From positions 30,504,001-30,568,000 of the forward strand of contig NC_043008.1 of assembly GCF_006345805.1 (NCBI RefSeq): a stretch of DNA of 64,000 nt, in the 5' to 3' direction. The notes below the pieces were generated by a model. That model saw only the letters and a list, made by a program, of their open reading frames with translations, had not been told where the DNA came from and did no database searches. The position numbers and the translations under genes were made by a program. Shown here piece by piece: positions 25,330 through 39,618 of this stretch. Source of the stretch: Octopus sinensis. Its lineage: Eukaryota. Each line of letters starts with the position of its first letter. The stretch's first letter is position 1.

Positions 25330-26400
25330 GAAAATACACTCAGAATAGTTTTTATTAACATATATAAAGCTTTAACCGGGTTTACAAGTTACACTGCTTT
25401 TCAAAAGTTGTAATTGGAAGACATGGCTTATATCGCTGCTGCCTTACTTCTGACTAGTAGCTTGTCCTATCTTTTATATGGAGTTCGTGGCTAAAATTAG
25501 AATAATTTTTGAATAGGTTTTAATTAGTAGAGGATAGTCTCATGACTGGCGTTAGAAATTATTGTAGGTTCCCTGCAACGTCGGTGTGTTAATATCAAGT
25601 GACAATGTTTAACGTCATAAGTTAAGGCTGCCACATTTGACTGAACATGCCCAAACAATCAATGCTCCGAATGGTTCCTGTCAAGTGTTAGTAGAGAATG
25701 AACACATGATTAAGTTTATAACCTTTTGTACGTTTCCTGCTACGTCGGTGCGTTAGTGACACGTAACAGTATATTTTGCTCCTAAAAGAAGGCCGACGCG
25801 GTTGAGTAAACATGTTTGTCACCATCAAGGCACTCCAGATTTAATCTGTCTGATGGACGAGTAGACAGAAGTCGTTTGTATGTAGTCCAGTGGCTGAAGT
25901 TCAGGTTGTTAGGTGTGTAAGTTCCTCATGCTAAGTGGCAAACTGAGTTTTGTGTGTGAGTAGTTATTTGTGTGTATAATCTGTTAAAGTTTGTTAAGTC
26001 TTGGCTTGTACTTTCGTATGAAAGTATTTTCTCTGTTTATCCGTGCTTCATCTGTGGTATTCGGTGAACATACATAGAGTGGAAAGACAAGGAATTCGTG
26101 GACTTATTTTTTTGCACATATGTCTATGTGTTCATTCAGTCGAATCTGCCTAGTACTAGGGTCTCGTATTTGTTGTCGGTGAACGATCAGTCTTACTTAT
26201 TAGAGTAGCTTTGTTTGACCTGTGTAATCTTTATTACATCCTTGACATTTATTTATTATATTAAATTTTTTGCAGAACATGTAAAGTGATGTTTTACGGT
26301 AAAAGTATGTCCTGATTTGAATTTTTATGTTGTATTCAATAAGATTGATAATAACAGTCAGACGTAGCGGAGACCGTACAAACATTTCTAAGACCAGTCA
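25330..26400 (-). mobile_element. Penelope-like element 3' part (GIY-YIG endonuclease remnant + tail)
   Basis: KCQGCNKDYTGQTK (GIY-YIG) followed by HRQQIRDPSTRQIRLNEHIDICA..FLVFPLY..RINRENTFIRKYKPRLNK; partly duplicated tail. Confidence 0.8.
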
Positions 26401-26736
26401 TGTGATTATCCTCTGCAAATCAAATCCTATTCAAAACATAGACTAATTTGAGCCATGAAAACCCTATGAGGGTAAGCTTCAAACACTAGTCAGATGCAAG
26501 ACACCTGCGACATAAGCCACGTTTTTCTATTTCAACTTTTTGAAAATAAGCGTAAACTGTGACACCGATGAATAATAGTTAAGATATATTAATAAAAAAT
26601 ATCTGAACTATTCTCAGTTCATTTTCAAATTATATTTTTCCAACATTTCTACCCGGGTGGAATAAAACTTTATTTTTTCTCTTTCACTCTCCTCTCATTC
26701 TCTCTCTTTCTCTCTCAAGATATTATATATATGCAC

Positions 26737-26842
<106 letters not shown>

Positions 26843-27069
26843 ACATACATATATATGTCTGTGTGTGATGTGCCTATATATATATATATATACAAAGTGA
26901 GAGAGAACACATTCACACAGGAACACATACACATATCCTTTAAGTTCACTTACGGGAAACGTTATAAATATGCATATAACAGGTCTTATTTCGTTATGCC
27001 AGCTACAACCTATTGATGCCAACTGTCACTTTCGTGGGGCAGGGTCACACCGCACTGCGCCGATATAAT

Positions 27070-27410
<341 letters not shown>

Positions 27411-28255
27411 TATAGAAATTCTCTCTTAATCACAAAGGATTTATTCGTTTGCAGAACAAATGTTGTTCTTGAAACAAAGCAGCTTAAATTTATGAAAATG
27501 TTGCTTAAATATATTTCACTCCAACATTATGTAATTAGAAAAATTCCGATAGAATAATAGGCAGAGAAGAAACAACGAACACAATATGTGAAGAACGTTT
27601 AGAGGTCTTAACGACATCAGATATAGCCAAGATGCTGCAAGACACAAAAATTTAGAGAACGTTGGTGCACAATAAAACTATTATTGGAAATATCTATCTG
27701 GGATATATATCTGGTGCAAAGAAATTTGCTTAATAATGATTTATTAACGTATATAACAATTGAGTGTATGAGCACTGTGGATAAAATAAATTTAAATCCC
27801 TGCATTAATGAAAAAACTGATCACTAAAAGCTCCACCGCCATACCTATAAAGCGCTTGTTGCAACGATATAGTTTAGAATAAATTAACATCTGCAAAACA
27901 ACGGAATTTGCTAGAACTGTAAGCATTTCTTTTTAACAAACGTATAGCAGAAAATCCTAAATTTGAAATACATTACGAATATAACATTGGCAAAAAGAAG
28001 ACTTTGGTCAGCATTCTCTCTTCCCCACTTGGTGTCTATAAACCTTAGTCATAAGAAGCAGAATTTTTAACAAAAAATAAGTAGATATATTTAAAATGTC
28101 ACCAAACAATTTATCAACAAGGACAAACAAGAATGTCTAATAAGTAATCGAATTTCCGTTAGAAGTAAAATGTTCCAAGAAAGGTTTCCTTCTCTCAAAC
28201 CTTTTGTATCGAACGCGAACATCTTTTACCACTATCTGAAATCAGACTTGATTTC

Positions 28256-28660
28256 ATACTCTGTTACTTGTTTCAGTCATTTGACTGCGGCCATGCTGGA
28301 GTACCGCCTTTAGTCGAGCAAATCGACCCCGGGACTTATTCTTTGTAAGCCCAGTACTTATTATATCGGTCTCTTTTGCCGAACCGCTAAGTGACGGGAA
28401 CGTAAACACACCAGCGTGGGTTGTCAAGCAATGGTAGGGAGACAAGCACAGACACACAAACATATACACACAACACATACATATACATATATACGACAGG
28501 CTTCTTTCAGTTTCCGTCTACCAAATCCACTCACAAGGCTTTGGTCGGCTCAGGGCTATAGCAGAAGACACTCGACCAAGATGCCACGCAGCGGGACTGA
28601 ACCCGGAACCATGTGGTTGGTAAGCAAGCTACTTACCACACAGCCACTCCTGCACCTATA
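28256..28660 (-). mobile_element. SINE family A, full length
   Basis: Reverse complement of the complete head and tail seen in plus-strand copies. Confidence 0.93.
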
Positions 28661-28699
28661 TGGACATAAATAATATAGGAGGCCAATTAACAAGTCTGA

Positions 28700-29728
28700 A
28701 TATGGAGAAACTTAATTTTTATGATCTAGTTGCTAAGCAACTACGAAAACTGCTACTGAAACCTTTCACTAAAAAATTTCGTACGAATTAGTAAATACCA
28801 CTAAAGAATACTTGAAGCGAGAGAAAATACGCTAGATGAGAAACGAAAATATAGCAATTTGGCCAAAAGTAATAGACTTATAAATATTTAGGAATCAATG
28901 AACTTGACAGAATGCTAAATACACAGATGAAAGAAAATGCTTGGAAAGAATATTAACAGCATATTAGTTTATAAGTTGAAACAGTTAAATGCAAAATATA
29001 TATGGTAATAAATAACATTATTGTAGTTGATCCTATAGCAAGGTTATTGTTATAATCGTAAATGTATGTTAAATGATTTTGAAAATATAACAGGAAATCA
29101 AGAAATATTGACTGCATTTAGAATGCACCACCTTAAGTCTGAACTACAAAGATTATACATATCAAGTATACCGGGAAGTAGGGGGTAAATCCAACTGGAA
29201 AATATTATAAAATATTCACTGTAGAAAAGAACAATAGAAAACTAATGCAAAAATCTAAAAACACAATCAACACAAAATGTTTTTATTATATTCGCGTAAG
29301 CCAATAAAGCCAAAGCTGAGACTATAGGGATTGATATTTGGGAAGGGAAAATAGTCAAAACAACAAAAGTTGAAAAAGTGTCTCAACTTATCTAAGCTAC
29401 AAAATAGTAAATTGATGGTATGCGAGAGTACACGGATAGCTTGAACAGGATGAAAATAGATAACGAATAAGTGTAGGACTGGCAGACAAGCACAAAAATG
29501 CTGAGAGTGAAGAATGTTGATAACAGCAAAGTATCAGTGCATTCACTGGCTATTAAAAGCATATAATGGAGCAAAAACCCCTTGACTCATTGCTGAACAT
29601 GAGAAGAGTGGAAGCGAAAATATTAACCATATTATCTCTGGTTGTCCAGTACTATTCAAGGAAGAAATACATGGAAGAATCAGAGCTTACTTATAGAATA
29701 AATATCTGGTATAATGCAATATAAAATA

Positions 29729-29730
<2 letters not shown>
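28700..29730 (+). mobile_element. R4/Dong-like RLE LINE fragment (degenerate)
   Basis: MHH.KS.L.RLYI.. motif near 29125 and the ENINHIISGCPVL CCHC-knuckle region near 29615; many stops. Confidence 0.6.
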
Positions 29731-29765
<35 letters not shown>

Positions 29766-31250
29766 AAGAGAGAGACAGAGGCAGAGTTAGATAGAAAGAT
29801 ATATTTTTTATTTACATATATATGTATGTGTATGTGTGTGTGTATCCGGTATATGCAGTTGAGTCAGTATTAAGTTGAAATATCCATCTATGGATAATAC
29901 ATAATGTATGTATTTTGTAGATAGTAAAGTTATACCGGTGTTTGTCTTTAAATAATACTTCTAATGGATGTGATTTGAAATGGCCTAAAAGCTTGGAATA
30001 CAAGTAATATTTTCGCTAGCTGCTAGCGGCGCTGTTTCTGTCGCCCTCCGATTTTGATTGTTTTAAATACATCTCGTCTTTAAGAGTTTTTATCTCTGGA
30101 CTAAGACCACAATAACTTAAATATCAATGCCGTACATACGCTACGTATGGTACATAACTGGTTTTATAACGTTTATGTGTTTGTATGTGTGAGTGTACAT
30201 ATCTGTATGTGTGTATGCACGCGCGTGTGCGTATGTAAAGATATATGCTTTTATATAGTAAAGTCAATCAATAGTTGTGAGTTTCCTGCAGGGGAACTTG
30301 TTTCTTATAAAACCGATATACAGTGAATTATAATTGTTACTGGAACATTCGGTTGAAAAATATATATTTATGACTGAATGTTCTAGAAAGAAGTGAACCG
30401 AAACTTCTACCAGAGACAATTACAATTTACTCTATAAGAAAATAAGCAATGAGGTTTCGACACACTATGATGACTGCTATACATAAAAATGTTGAATTTG
30501 GAGTCACATTTCTAAATTTATGCCAGTCAATTATGCCAATTATTATTTATTCATTCAGCTCTCTAACATATATACACTATTCACTGTACTTAAAACGATA
30601 TAAATATATATACATATAATTTTTTTTTAAAAAAAGAAAAAGACAAGAAAACACAACAACGTGAGAACGTAGCACATGTGAATTATTAATAAGACGCTTA
30701 AAGAGTGGAAAAAGATAGAGAGAAAACAAGTAGTGAGCCATTATCAATCTGGGCAAAATACTTTATAATCAAGCGAACAATATTACTTATATTAGTGAAG
30801 AACTCCAGGTAATCTTTTGGTAAGGTCCAAAGTTATGGTTCATCACAATTCTATTATATATTTTAAATCCGTGATGGGCTCAGACAAATTAGTTTTTACA
30901 CAGAGTGATATATAAGAAACAAGTTAAAGTTAATGGTCATTGCACATAGTTCCTTTATTGGAACGAATTGGCTTCTAGCTGTCTCCATCTATCATGACAG
31001 CTGTAAGCTGTAAGCCAAATTTGCTTTAACAGAGAAAAACTCTGTAAGGGGTATTGTTTTAAACTTTTTTCTTATATATATATAATGTTGGTCTGCTCAT
31101 GGACAGGCCCTATGCATGTGGACCTTTCCGGGCACCTACTATACGATCTGAAATTGCACGTAAACGCCCCTGGCACTGTTACACTGTTAAGTAGATTACT
31201 TGAGTTTCTCCTCCAGTGAATAAACTTGGGATGAATACTATAAATCCCGT

Positions 31251-31293
<43 letters not shown>

Positions 31294-32756
31294 AATTAAG
31301 GAAAACAGAGAAAAAAGAATAAAGCAAACAAACGTTTGGACGTGGCACAAGTAATGTATTAATAAGGGCCTCAGAGAAGGGAAAGAGTAGAAGTTTTACG
31401 TTTCTAGCATAGTGCTTCATTGGAAACAGGGAGAAACAGGGAGGTCCAAGGCGAAGGAGGAAAGGAAGTCGTCAATGTGCGTGTGGCGGTAACTGTATGT
31501 GATCGTGTGTGACGGTGTGTAGTGTGTGCGTTTGGTAGCCTGTGGTAGCGCGTGTGTGTGGTGTATTAACTGTGTGTGTGCTTGTGTTTGAGTGTGTAAA
31601 CTGTGCATGTGGTGTGTGTGGTAAGATCTGTGTGCATGTGTGTGTGTTAATGTCTTTAGGGCGATCAGCAGCTATATACACACACACACATATATATATA
31701 TATTCGTTATCTATCTCCTCCTTGTGTTTCGGGATCTCAAAATAATTAATACGTCTAAGCATCTTCGTGACTTGCGCCTTTATCAGTTGGCAGATACCAG
31801 CACGGAGCAGCAAATAATCTTTTTGCTATAAGTATAAGTAAATACAAAGCATTCTTTTAGGCTCAATTATCCGAAGGATCCTGATTCATTAGACACATTA
31901 TGGAGAACCACCGGTGTTGCAGGATCTCGAACACCACTGAGCAGTGTCAGTTTAACACACTGTAATCGATAAAAAGATAAATTTCCCTTCTTGTTACGTG
32001 CGCTATATTAACCAGCTCATTTTGCGTGTTAAGTATGCATATGAAAATAATATATGTATGTGCGTGCGTGGTTCGCGCGCGCTCGTGTGTGAATGTGTAT
32101 GTGAGTGTAAGACCAATTCTCAGTCCACTCATGAGTGCAACTGTTATTATAGAATCCAGTACAAACTGCTGCATCGTCGGTTCTTTGGTGGCACCTCCAC
32201 TAAAATTACGCGGCGAGGAGAGTTGCTAGAAACCCAATAGAACTAAAAACAACTTCTATCAAAAGGAAATATGAACTCATGTAGGTCCGGCTTCTATTTA
32301 ATAATAGCACGTACACACAGGAATTCTATGTTGGTATCTAATGAGCTGAAATACCACTGGTAGTGAAACACACCAAAGTTTTTTGTAGAAGTATATCTCA
32401 AGAATAAGGTCACTCTGATATAAAACAACTTATGCAGGGTATGGGATTGAACCTTTTGGGGATGGTTTGCTTCGGCTTGCGACCTTGGCACTCCACATTT
32501 CTGTGCTTGCGACAGATATTGGTGCTGGATTTCTGCCCTGGACTATCCCTAGATCATGTCACTAGAGTGAGGATAGGTTGCACAATATCTGGCCAGGCAT
32601 CTGTTTCATGCCCGGTTCAGTAAGAGAGCAGGTGGTGAGAATGGCAGTCACAGAACCCAGATGAAGCCATCCTTGGTCCACTCACCTCATGCACTGGAAT
32701 TGTTGACATTTTGCAAAGATATCAGTGATGATCTTCCTCGTTCACGAGTGAACTGC

Positions 32757-32789
<33 letters not shown>

Positions 32790-32794
<5 letters not shown>

Positions 32795-32985
32795 TAGTAA
32801 TGGTAAGACAACAAAAGAATGGAAGAGACCTCGATATTATGTAAATAGAGGGATTTATTTGTAATATAATATGTGACAATTATTCGGTTGCTATAATAAA
32901 ACTCCGAGTTTCGGACGTTGGGGCGGAAACCTGCACCGGCATCTCTTCAGTTATCGAGGCAGATCGTTTATCCATTATACTCTTC

Positions 32986-32990
<5 letters not shown>
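32790..32990 (-). mobile_element. Short Penelope-type terminal cassette nested in (TA)n
   Basis: ~200-bp unique insert between two (TA)n arrays carrying a hammerhead motif. Confidence 0.55.
32895..32955 (-). ncRNA. Type I hammerhead ribozyme motif
   Basis: Stem I GAUAA/UUAUU, core CUGAAGA, stem II GAUG..CGUC, GAAA, stem III CUC(G)GAG, GUU cleavage triplet. Confidence 0.65.
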
Positions 32991-33027
<37 letters not shown>

Positions 33028-33033
33028 ATATAG

Positions 33034-33160
33034 CCGAGGTCGACTATGCCTTTCATCCTTTCGGGGTCGATAAATTACTTACCAGTTGCGTACCGGGGTC
33101 GATGAACTCGAGTGGCCCATTCCCCCAAAATTTGAGGCTTTGTACCTAGAGATAAAAAGG
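33034..33160 (+). mobile_element. SINE family C, 3' part
   Basis: gccgaggtcgact..gcctttcatcctttcggggtcgataaatta..gtaccagttgcgtac..ggggtcgat. Confidence 0.85.
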
Positions 33161-33251
33161 ATATATATTTATGTGTGTCCATCTGTCTGTTTAAAAGAGT
33201 ATGAAAGGGATAAAGTATCCTGGTGGATACCGTATTCTCTCACAGAGAGGA

Positions 33252-33313
<62 letters not shown>

Positions 33314-33529
33314 TATATATATGTATATATATATATGGTTAGATAGATAGTTTGATAGATAGATAGATAGATTGATAGATAGATAGATAGATAGATAATG
33401 TAGGTAGGTAGGTACGTACGTACGTAGGGTAGGAGGGGAGTTAGGAAGTTAAGTATGTGTATATATGTATGTCTGTATGTTTTCCTGAATTAATTCGGAA
33501 AGAGATAGAAAATGACCATAATTAGGAAT

Positions 33530-33760
33530 GTGCTAATGCATGCAATAAGATCAATGCATAATCCAGAGAACATTCTCGTCGAAGACCACCAGGATAGGAT
33601 GTGTCATCTAATGGAAGTATCAATTTGGAAGAACGCTAATGTATCCCCGGACGAAATTGGCATATTATCCCAATATAAAGTATTGGAAATAGAGATATTG
33701 AAAATTTGCTAACTTCAAACAGAAAAATCCATATTGTTAGAGGTAGTTTGAGAATTACTG
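33530..33760 (+). mobile_element. R4/Dong-like RLE endonuclease 3' fragment
   Basis: ORF 33512..33712: ..CHLMEVSIWKNANVSPDEIGILSQYKVLEIEILK, matching the D.NVS.KE.EKLSKYKDLEIE region of this clade. Confidence 0.65.
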
Positions 33761-33884
33761 AAAATCACAGCGAAAGGACTTAGAAATATTCCCTAATATG
33801 CACACATATAACGTTGAACACGCTGAATGCAAAGGAACTATATACAACTAATATGAAAAGAGCCTTGTAATGAAAGAGCGAAAC

Positions 33885-33952
33885 TGCAGAAGAAGAAGAA
33901 GAAGAAGAAGAAGAAGAAGAAGAAGAAGAAGAAGAAGAAGAAGAAGAAGAAG

Positions 33953-33996
<44 letters not shown>

Positions 33997-34000
33997 CTAC
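33885..34000. repeat. Compound (GAA)n(CAA)n microsatellite
   Basis: Direct reading. Confidence 0.97.
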
Positions 34001-34009
34001 AGCAATACA

Positions 34010-34480
34010 AAAGCTCGAGACCACCGAAAAGCTCGAGACCATTAACCGAAACAGTCTCCACACTATGGGATGTGCCTATTCATAAAGACCGGAAAATAAC
34101 ATCAAACCGTCCGGACATCATTATTAGGGATGAGAAGGAAAATAAATGCCTAATAACAAACGTTGCAATACCATCAAAGAGAAAAATACATACAGAAAAA
34201 TCACCGCAACGTTATAAACTTCCAAAAATGTAGAGGTCTAGGTAGTGGATACTAAAGTAATACTTATCCTTGTCGGTTCTGTTGAGCTCGTGGAAAGAAA
34301 ATTAAACAGATTTACCCTCAAAATGCCTGGCAAAGTCAATATCCAAAACTTCCAAAAGAGAACAGCCTACATACTAAGAAAGGTGCTCTCCCGTATATTG
34401 TACAAACACCTCCTTTGGTGCCCTAGAACCGTTGACTGGATTCCGGTTCTACAAGCAACAGATAACAGTAAATATTATTA
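34010..34480 (+). mobile_element. R4/Dong-like RLE LINE 3' end
   Basis: VSILWDVPIHKDRKITSNRPDIIIRDEKENKCLI..VAIP (RPD/PD-D/ExK motif) and ..TAYILRKVLS terminus, then an AAT-rich end. Confidence 0.8.
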
Positions 34481-34495
34481 ATAATAGGAATTAAG

Positions 34496-34730
34496 ACGGT
34501 GAGCTGACAGAATCGATTGCAAGCCAGGTAAAATGGCAGAATCGTTAGCATGCCAGGCAGAACGCTTAGTGGCATTACGTCAGTCTTTATGTTCAAATTC
34601 CGTCGAGGTCAACTTTGCCTTGCATCATTCCGGGCTCGATAAAGTAAGTACCAGCTGAGTACTGGGGGTCGATGTAATCGACTTAACCCCTCCACCGAAC
34701 TTGCTGGCCTTTTGCCAGAATTTGAAACTA
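34496..34730 (+). mobile_element. SINE family C with duplicated head
   Basis: ggtgagctgacagaatcg.. repeated, gttcaaattccg..gaggtcaactttgcc..ggggtcgat tail. Confidence 0.85.
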
Positions 34731-35291
34731 ATAAAAATAGAAATTATAAGTATTACTGTGTTGACTACCTACGGTATCGAAGTAGCCACTTTCTTAAGTA
34801 ACTATATTTCATTATAAAAAGAGTAGTAGTAGTAGTAGTAACAAGAAAGAAATAAAGAAAGAAGCTTAATAACATGTACAAGGTGTATGTCGAAATCCGA
34901 AAGTAAAATTGATTTCGCTATACATACAGAGAATGTTACGAAAACATAGAATGTAACACTATTCTACAGAGAGCAAAAATGCACAACGAAAATCAGAATT
35001 TTGTTGTGTAAAATCTATATAAAGATTTATATCTTAAATATAAATCAATGGAAGAATGCTCATGATTATAAAGCCAGACACTAATATTAGAAAATATCTG
35101 TCAATGTTGTTCACACCATCAAAAACATTGAAGAAATTTTGATATTGCCTGTAACGATTGAGATTATTCAGATCTAAGGAACTAAGATAAAAGTCAGTAA
35201 ATGTTAGCAGGGTGGGAAAAGAATCAGTAAATGCGAAAAGGAATAAAATTAAATGGAAATGGGTTGATCCATTACATAATATATATATATA

Positions 35292-35597
35292 CATGTGTGG
35301 TAAGAAGCTTGCTAACCAACCACGTGGTTCTGGGTTCAGTATAACCACGTGCCAAGTGTCTTGAGCCTTGTGAGTGAACTTGATAGAGGGAAAATAAAAC
35401 AAGCCCGTCGTATATGTGTTTGTGTGTATGTGTCTTCGTGTTTACGGTTCTCTCCTACTATCGCTTAACAACCGATGTTGGTATATTTACGCCCCCCGTA
35501 ACTCAGCAGTGCAGCAAAATAGAATGATAAACTGAGCAATAGGTTTTTTAAAATGTAAGTAATATGATGATTCATTCGACTAAAATCTTTCAAGGTG

Positions 35598-35600
<3 letters not shown>
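35292..35600 (+). mobile_element. SINE family A, degenerate
   Basis: gtgtggtaagaagcttgct..aagcccgtcgtatatgtg..acaaccgatgttgg. Confidence 0.8.
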
Positions 35601-35633
<33 letters not shown>

Positions 35634-36029
35634 GGGAGAATGATGCAGAGAGGTATAAAATCACTAAAATAATGGATGTAAAAAGTTACTAAATTAAATA
35701 TAAAAAGATACAGCCAGTAAATACAAAGAGGTATATTAACAATAAACAGCTACTCTAGAAGCAATAAAAAAAAAATAGATAATGCATTTAAGTTTGGAAG
35801 AAAATGAAATCATTCGATTTAGAAGTAGAAAATATCACTAAATTCAGAATAAATCAGTAAATAATAGAGTATGATAGACGGAGGTCTGGAGCGATAACGT
35901 CGTTAGTTATAGACATGATGTCATCAAATATGTTGGGGGGAACGTACTAAAAGCAGCAAGATCTTCAATTGTAAGCAAAGGCATAGTCAGTAATATTAGG
36001 GAGCAGGAAGGTGCCGAACTGATAGAGTC

Positions 36030-36425
36030 ATCAGTATGCCGGGCAAAATGGCTTCACGGCATTTCGTCCGTCTTTATGTTCTGGGTTTAAATCCCGCCAG
36101 GGTCAACTTCGCTTTTGATACTTTTCGAGTTCATAAAATAAGTACTATTTGAGGACTGGAATCGATTTAATCGAACTTGCTTGCTTTGTGCAAGATTTTA
36201 AAACCAATATTAGGGAATAGCAAAGCGGTGAGTGGTAGAACCATTAGCATGCCCGGAAAAATGGTTACCAACCTATCTTTGTGTTCTGAGTTCAAATTCT
36301 GCCAGGATCGACTTGGCCTTTCGTCCTTTCTAGGTCGAAATAAAGAGTACTATTTAAGCACTAGCGTTGGTATAATCAACTTACTTCTCACCTGAAATTG
36401 CTGGCCTTGTTCTAAAGTTTGAAAT
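36030..36425 (+). mobile_element. Two tandem SINE family C copies
   Basis: Heads at ~36030 and ~36225, each with the gttcaaatt/ggtcgact and gtcgataaa..agtac motifs. Confidence 0.75.
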
Positions 36426-37310
36426 GAATATTAGGGAGGAGGGATATTTTCATTAAGAAAGTGACTGGATGTCGGTGCAGACACTACTGTGTCATTGAGC
36501 AGCACGCTTCGCAATCACGTGGTTCCGGGTACAAGAGCAATCAATAATTCTTTCTAATTTTAGTACAAGTGCATCAATTCTGAACAGAGCAGAAATCAAC
36601 ACCAATGCTCAACTGGTACTAACTCTCTAAAGGGATGAAAATGTCGATTTCAGTGAAATTTGACGGAAGAAACATCACTAACATTTTCTCCGTCGTGGTA
36701 ACAACTTTACTAGCTCACCGCGTTAACCAGAGCTATTAATAATATAAGAGTAATATTAATGTAATTACTAGGGTTGAAGTGATAAATGAAATACTTTGAT
36801 GACTCTACCCCTGCACAGCCACTTCAATGACTAAAACAAGAAGCAGAATAAAACAATAAACGAATATTATTATAACGTATTCTATGATCGACCAAAATCA
36901 AAATATTTTAAATCATCTTCTAGTTCAAATACAACAATCACTTTTACATACATGTCAGTTTTTATTATCAGTATTTCTATCATGTTCTGTACATTCGATT
37001 ATTTATAATTTTAGTATTTTCCAAACTGTCCTACTGATGATTCAAAGTATTTAGTATTCCAGAAAGCATTGACGTCTTAATAAACCTTATTAGTTAGTTT
37101 TTTGCGTGTATTGATGGTTCCTTCGTTATTTATCTTTTCATTATTTCTCATTTGTAATACGTAAGACTCAAAAGTTTATATCGATCTTTCGTAAGCTGTA
37201 GTATTATTTCGGTCTACCAATATTTTAATCCGGATTAAAAGTTAACTTGTCTTCTAATGACTTCACATACGGTTAGTCTAATTTTTATTTGATTTTGATT
37301 TTATCTTATA

Positions 37311-37352
<42 letters not shown>

Positions 37353-37689
37353 TCAATATTTGAAATATGTTAATTAAGGAGTAATAAGAATAAATGATAG
37401 TCAATGAAATGTTACAAATTTTTACATTTCATGCTTTTAATACATTTATACAATCCTTTATATCTTCTTTCATTTTATTGAAAATGCAAACGAATAGTTG
37501 TATTTCATAAATCACATTTAAATAAAATAATATATACACTTTTTCTTTCAGAAAATGCAGACAGCTAAGGAACTAAAATATGGATACATACACACACACA
37601 CACACACATACACTCACATAATTGCTTACATGCGCGCACACACACACATATATATATATGTATATGTATATATATAGATATATATATAT

Positions 37690-37736
<47 letters not shown>

Positions 37737-37767
37737 ATTTATATATGTATGTATATATATATATATG

Positions 37768-37842
<75 letters not shown>

Positions 37843-37849
37843 TATGTAC

Positions 37850-38480
37850 TGATGTGCAAGTTTCCAACTCAAACTCGTTCTACCCGATGACTGCGCCATC
37901 TTCTTCCTACTTCAAACCCAATTTCCGACAAAGCTTTAAGTGCAAAACTTTGAAAACTAGATCATACATCAATTTCTTATATTGTCCCTAAGCCAACTTG
38001 GGACATTCTGCAAAAATGTCTGGCATTCTGCAATCCCAAGTTCCACATATTCTACAATTTTCTCTGTATATACGTATATTCTTAAGTTGTTTTTCGCAGT
38101 CCAGTATTTTATTCTACACCTCAGTGGTTTTCCAAAGCTGATCCGGGAAATGTTTCTCACCAATCTGTTTAACTTGCTTTGCTCCTCTTCCTTACTTAAT
38201 CACCTGCTCTGAAACCCCCACTTTTCACAGTTTCCAGTGCAGAACGTTTACTATCTCATTATGTCACCAGAACTTATATATCTGTTTCGGGAAAATCCTG
38301 GATATTCATTCATAATATGGCAATCGTTTCTATTACAAATTAAGCACACTGGTGACATCATTTCTAAGATTGACCCCACCATCAATATGTTGTGAATGTA
38401 TGGTTTCATAATGCCAGTCTCCTTTCTAAGTGCTCTTTCTTTAATTAGACCTACTTATGTTCTACAGCAACTTCAGTTGT
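37850..38480 (-). mobile_element. R4/Dong-like LINE fragment with CCHC knuckle
   Basis: ENCRICG..IFAECPKLA*GQYKK and [10 protein letters not shown] peptides; degenerate. Confidence 0.65.
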
Positions 38481-38573
38481 GACTACAACTGTGCAATTAA
38501 TTGTGCAAACCGTGGTTGAGGAGTGCTTCTTCATTATTATTATTATGATGTTTGGCTTCTGCTTTATATTTGT

Positions 38574-38652
38574 ACTAGTTAACTCCAAGTTAACTAGTAA
38601 CCAGAGGCCTCAACTAGTTAACTCCAAGTTAACTAGTTAACCAGAGGCCTCA
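38574..38652. repeat. Two tandem 39-40-bp units, each containing a 10-bp palindromic stem
   Basis: actagttaac-tccaa-gttaactagt-(t)aaccagaggcctca x2. Confidence 0.9.
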
Positions 38653-38989
38653 AGAGACAATGAGGTAGAAGTTCAAGTTGATATTATGACTAGGGTACCA
38701 TATTTTGGATTTTGCAGAGTACTGTTCTAGAGAATGTCTGTCAAAACATAAGAAAATTAAAAGTTGTTTTAAAAGCAATTTGACAAGTTGATAGTGTGAT
38801 CTTAAGATGGCAGTAAAATGTGTATGCTATTTACGTTGCATTCAAAAGTACTTTTCATAATGTTTATAGATTAAAATATTTTGGGAATTACATAGACGAT
38901 ATTTTTTGCAGGATATGAGCAGTTCACATGAATTTTTAATTTCTTCCAATTTTGGATTTCCTGGTATCTGTGATAGTTAACAATCATCC

Positions 38990-39440
38990 CCTTTTGCTAT
39001 ATTCCTAGGGGACCTATGGCATCACATTTTGCTAATTTCTGTTTCTGGTAGGTCTTACAGACAACTTTATGTCGATTGGGACAGCCATATCGATGATGGG
39101 GCATGATTTTTGTCTGAAACCGCTCAATATAATATCTGGCCTATTTGCATCTATCATCGTGAAGTTCCAAAGGAGTGAGGCGTGATCATTTTCAAGCACT
39201 GGTAGTGGTTGGTATTCCCACCAGCTTTTACCATGGGGCACATCCAGGTCTTTGCAAATTACCCAGTAAATATATTCTGCCACTCTCTCATGCCTGTTGA
39301 GGCGTAAGATAGCTGCAAATGGAGACAACATAATCGATAGTTTAGATCTGTTGCTTAAATACACTATATGTTGGGCTACTACCTTTCTATAAGATGTTGG
39401 CCTGGTAGCTTCTTGTAGGTAGGCACTGATTCTGCGCTGT
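38990..39440 (-). mobile_element. R4/Dong-like RLE LINE fragment
   Basis: AAQNQCLPTRSYQANI.. then RHERVAEYIYWVICK..LENDHASLLWNF..ANRPDII..CPIIDMAVPID (ORF 39032..39364); abuts an (ATT)n tract. Confidence 0.85.
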
Positions 39441-39464
39441 TATGATAAACCCTTCCGTTTTCTG

Positions 39465-39492
39465 ATTGTTATTATTATTATCAATGTTATTA

Positions 39493-39549
<57 letters not shown>

Positions 39550-39563
39550 CATTATTATTATTA

Positions 39564-39618
<55 letters not shown>

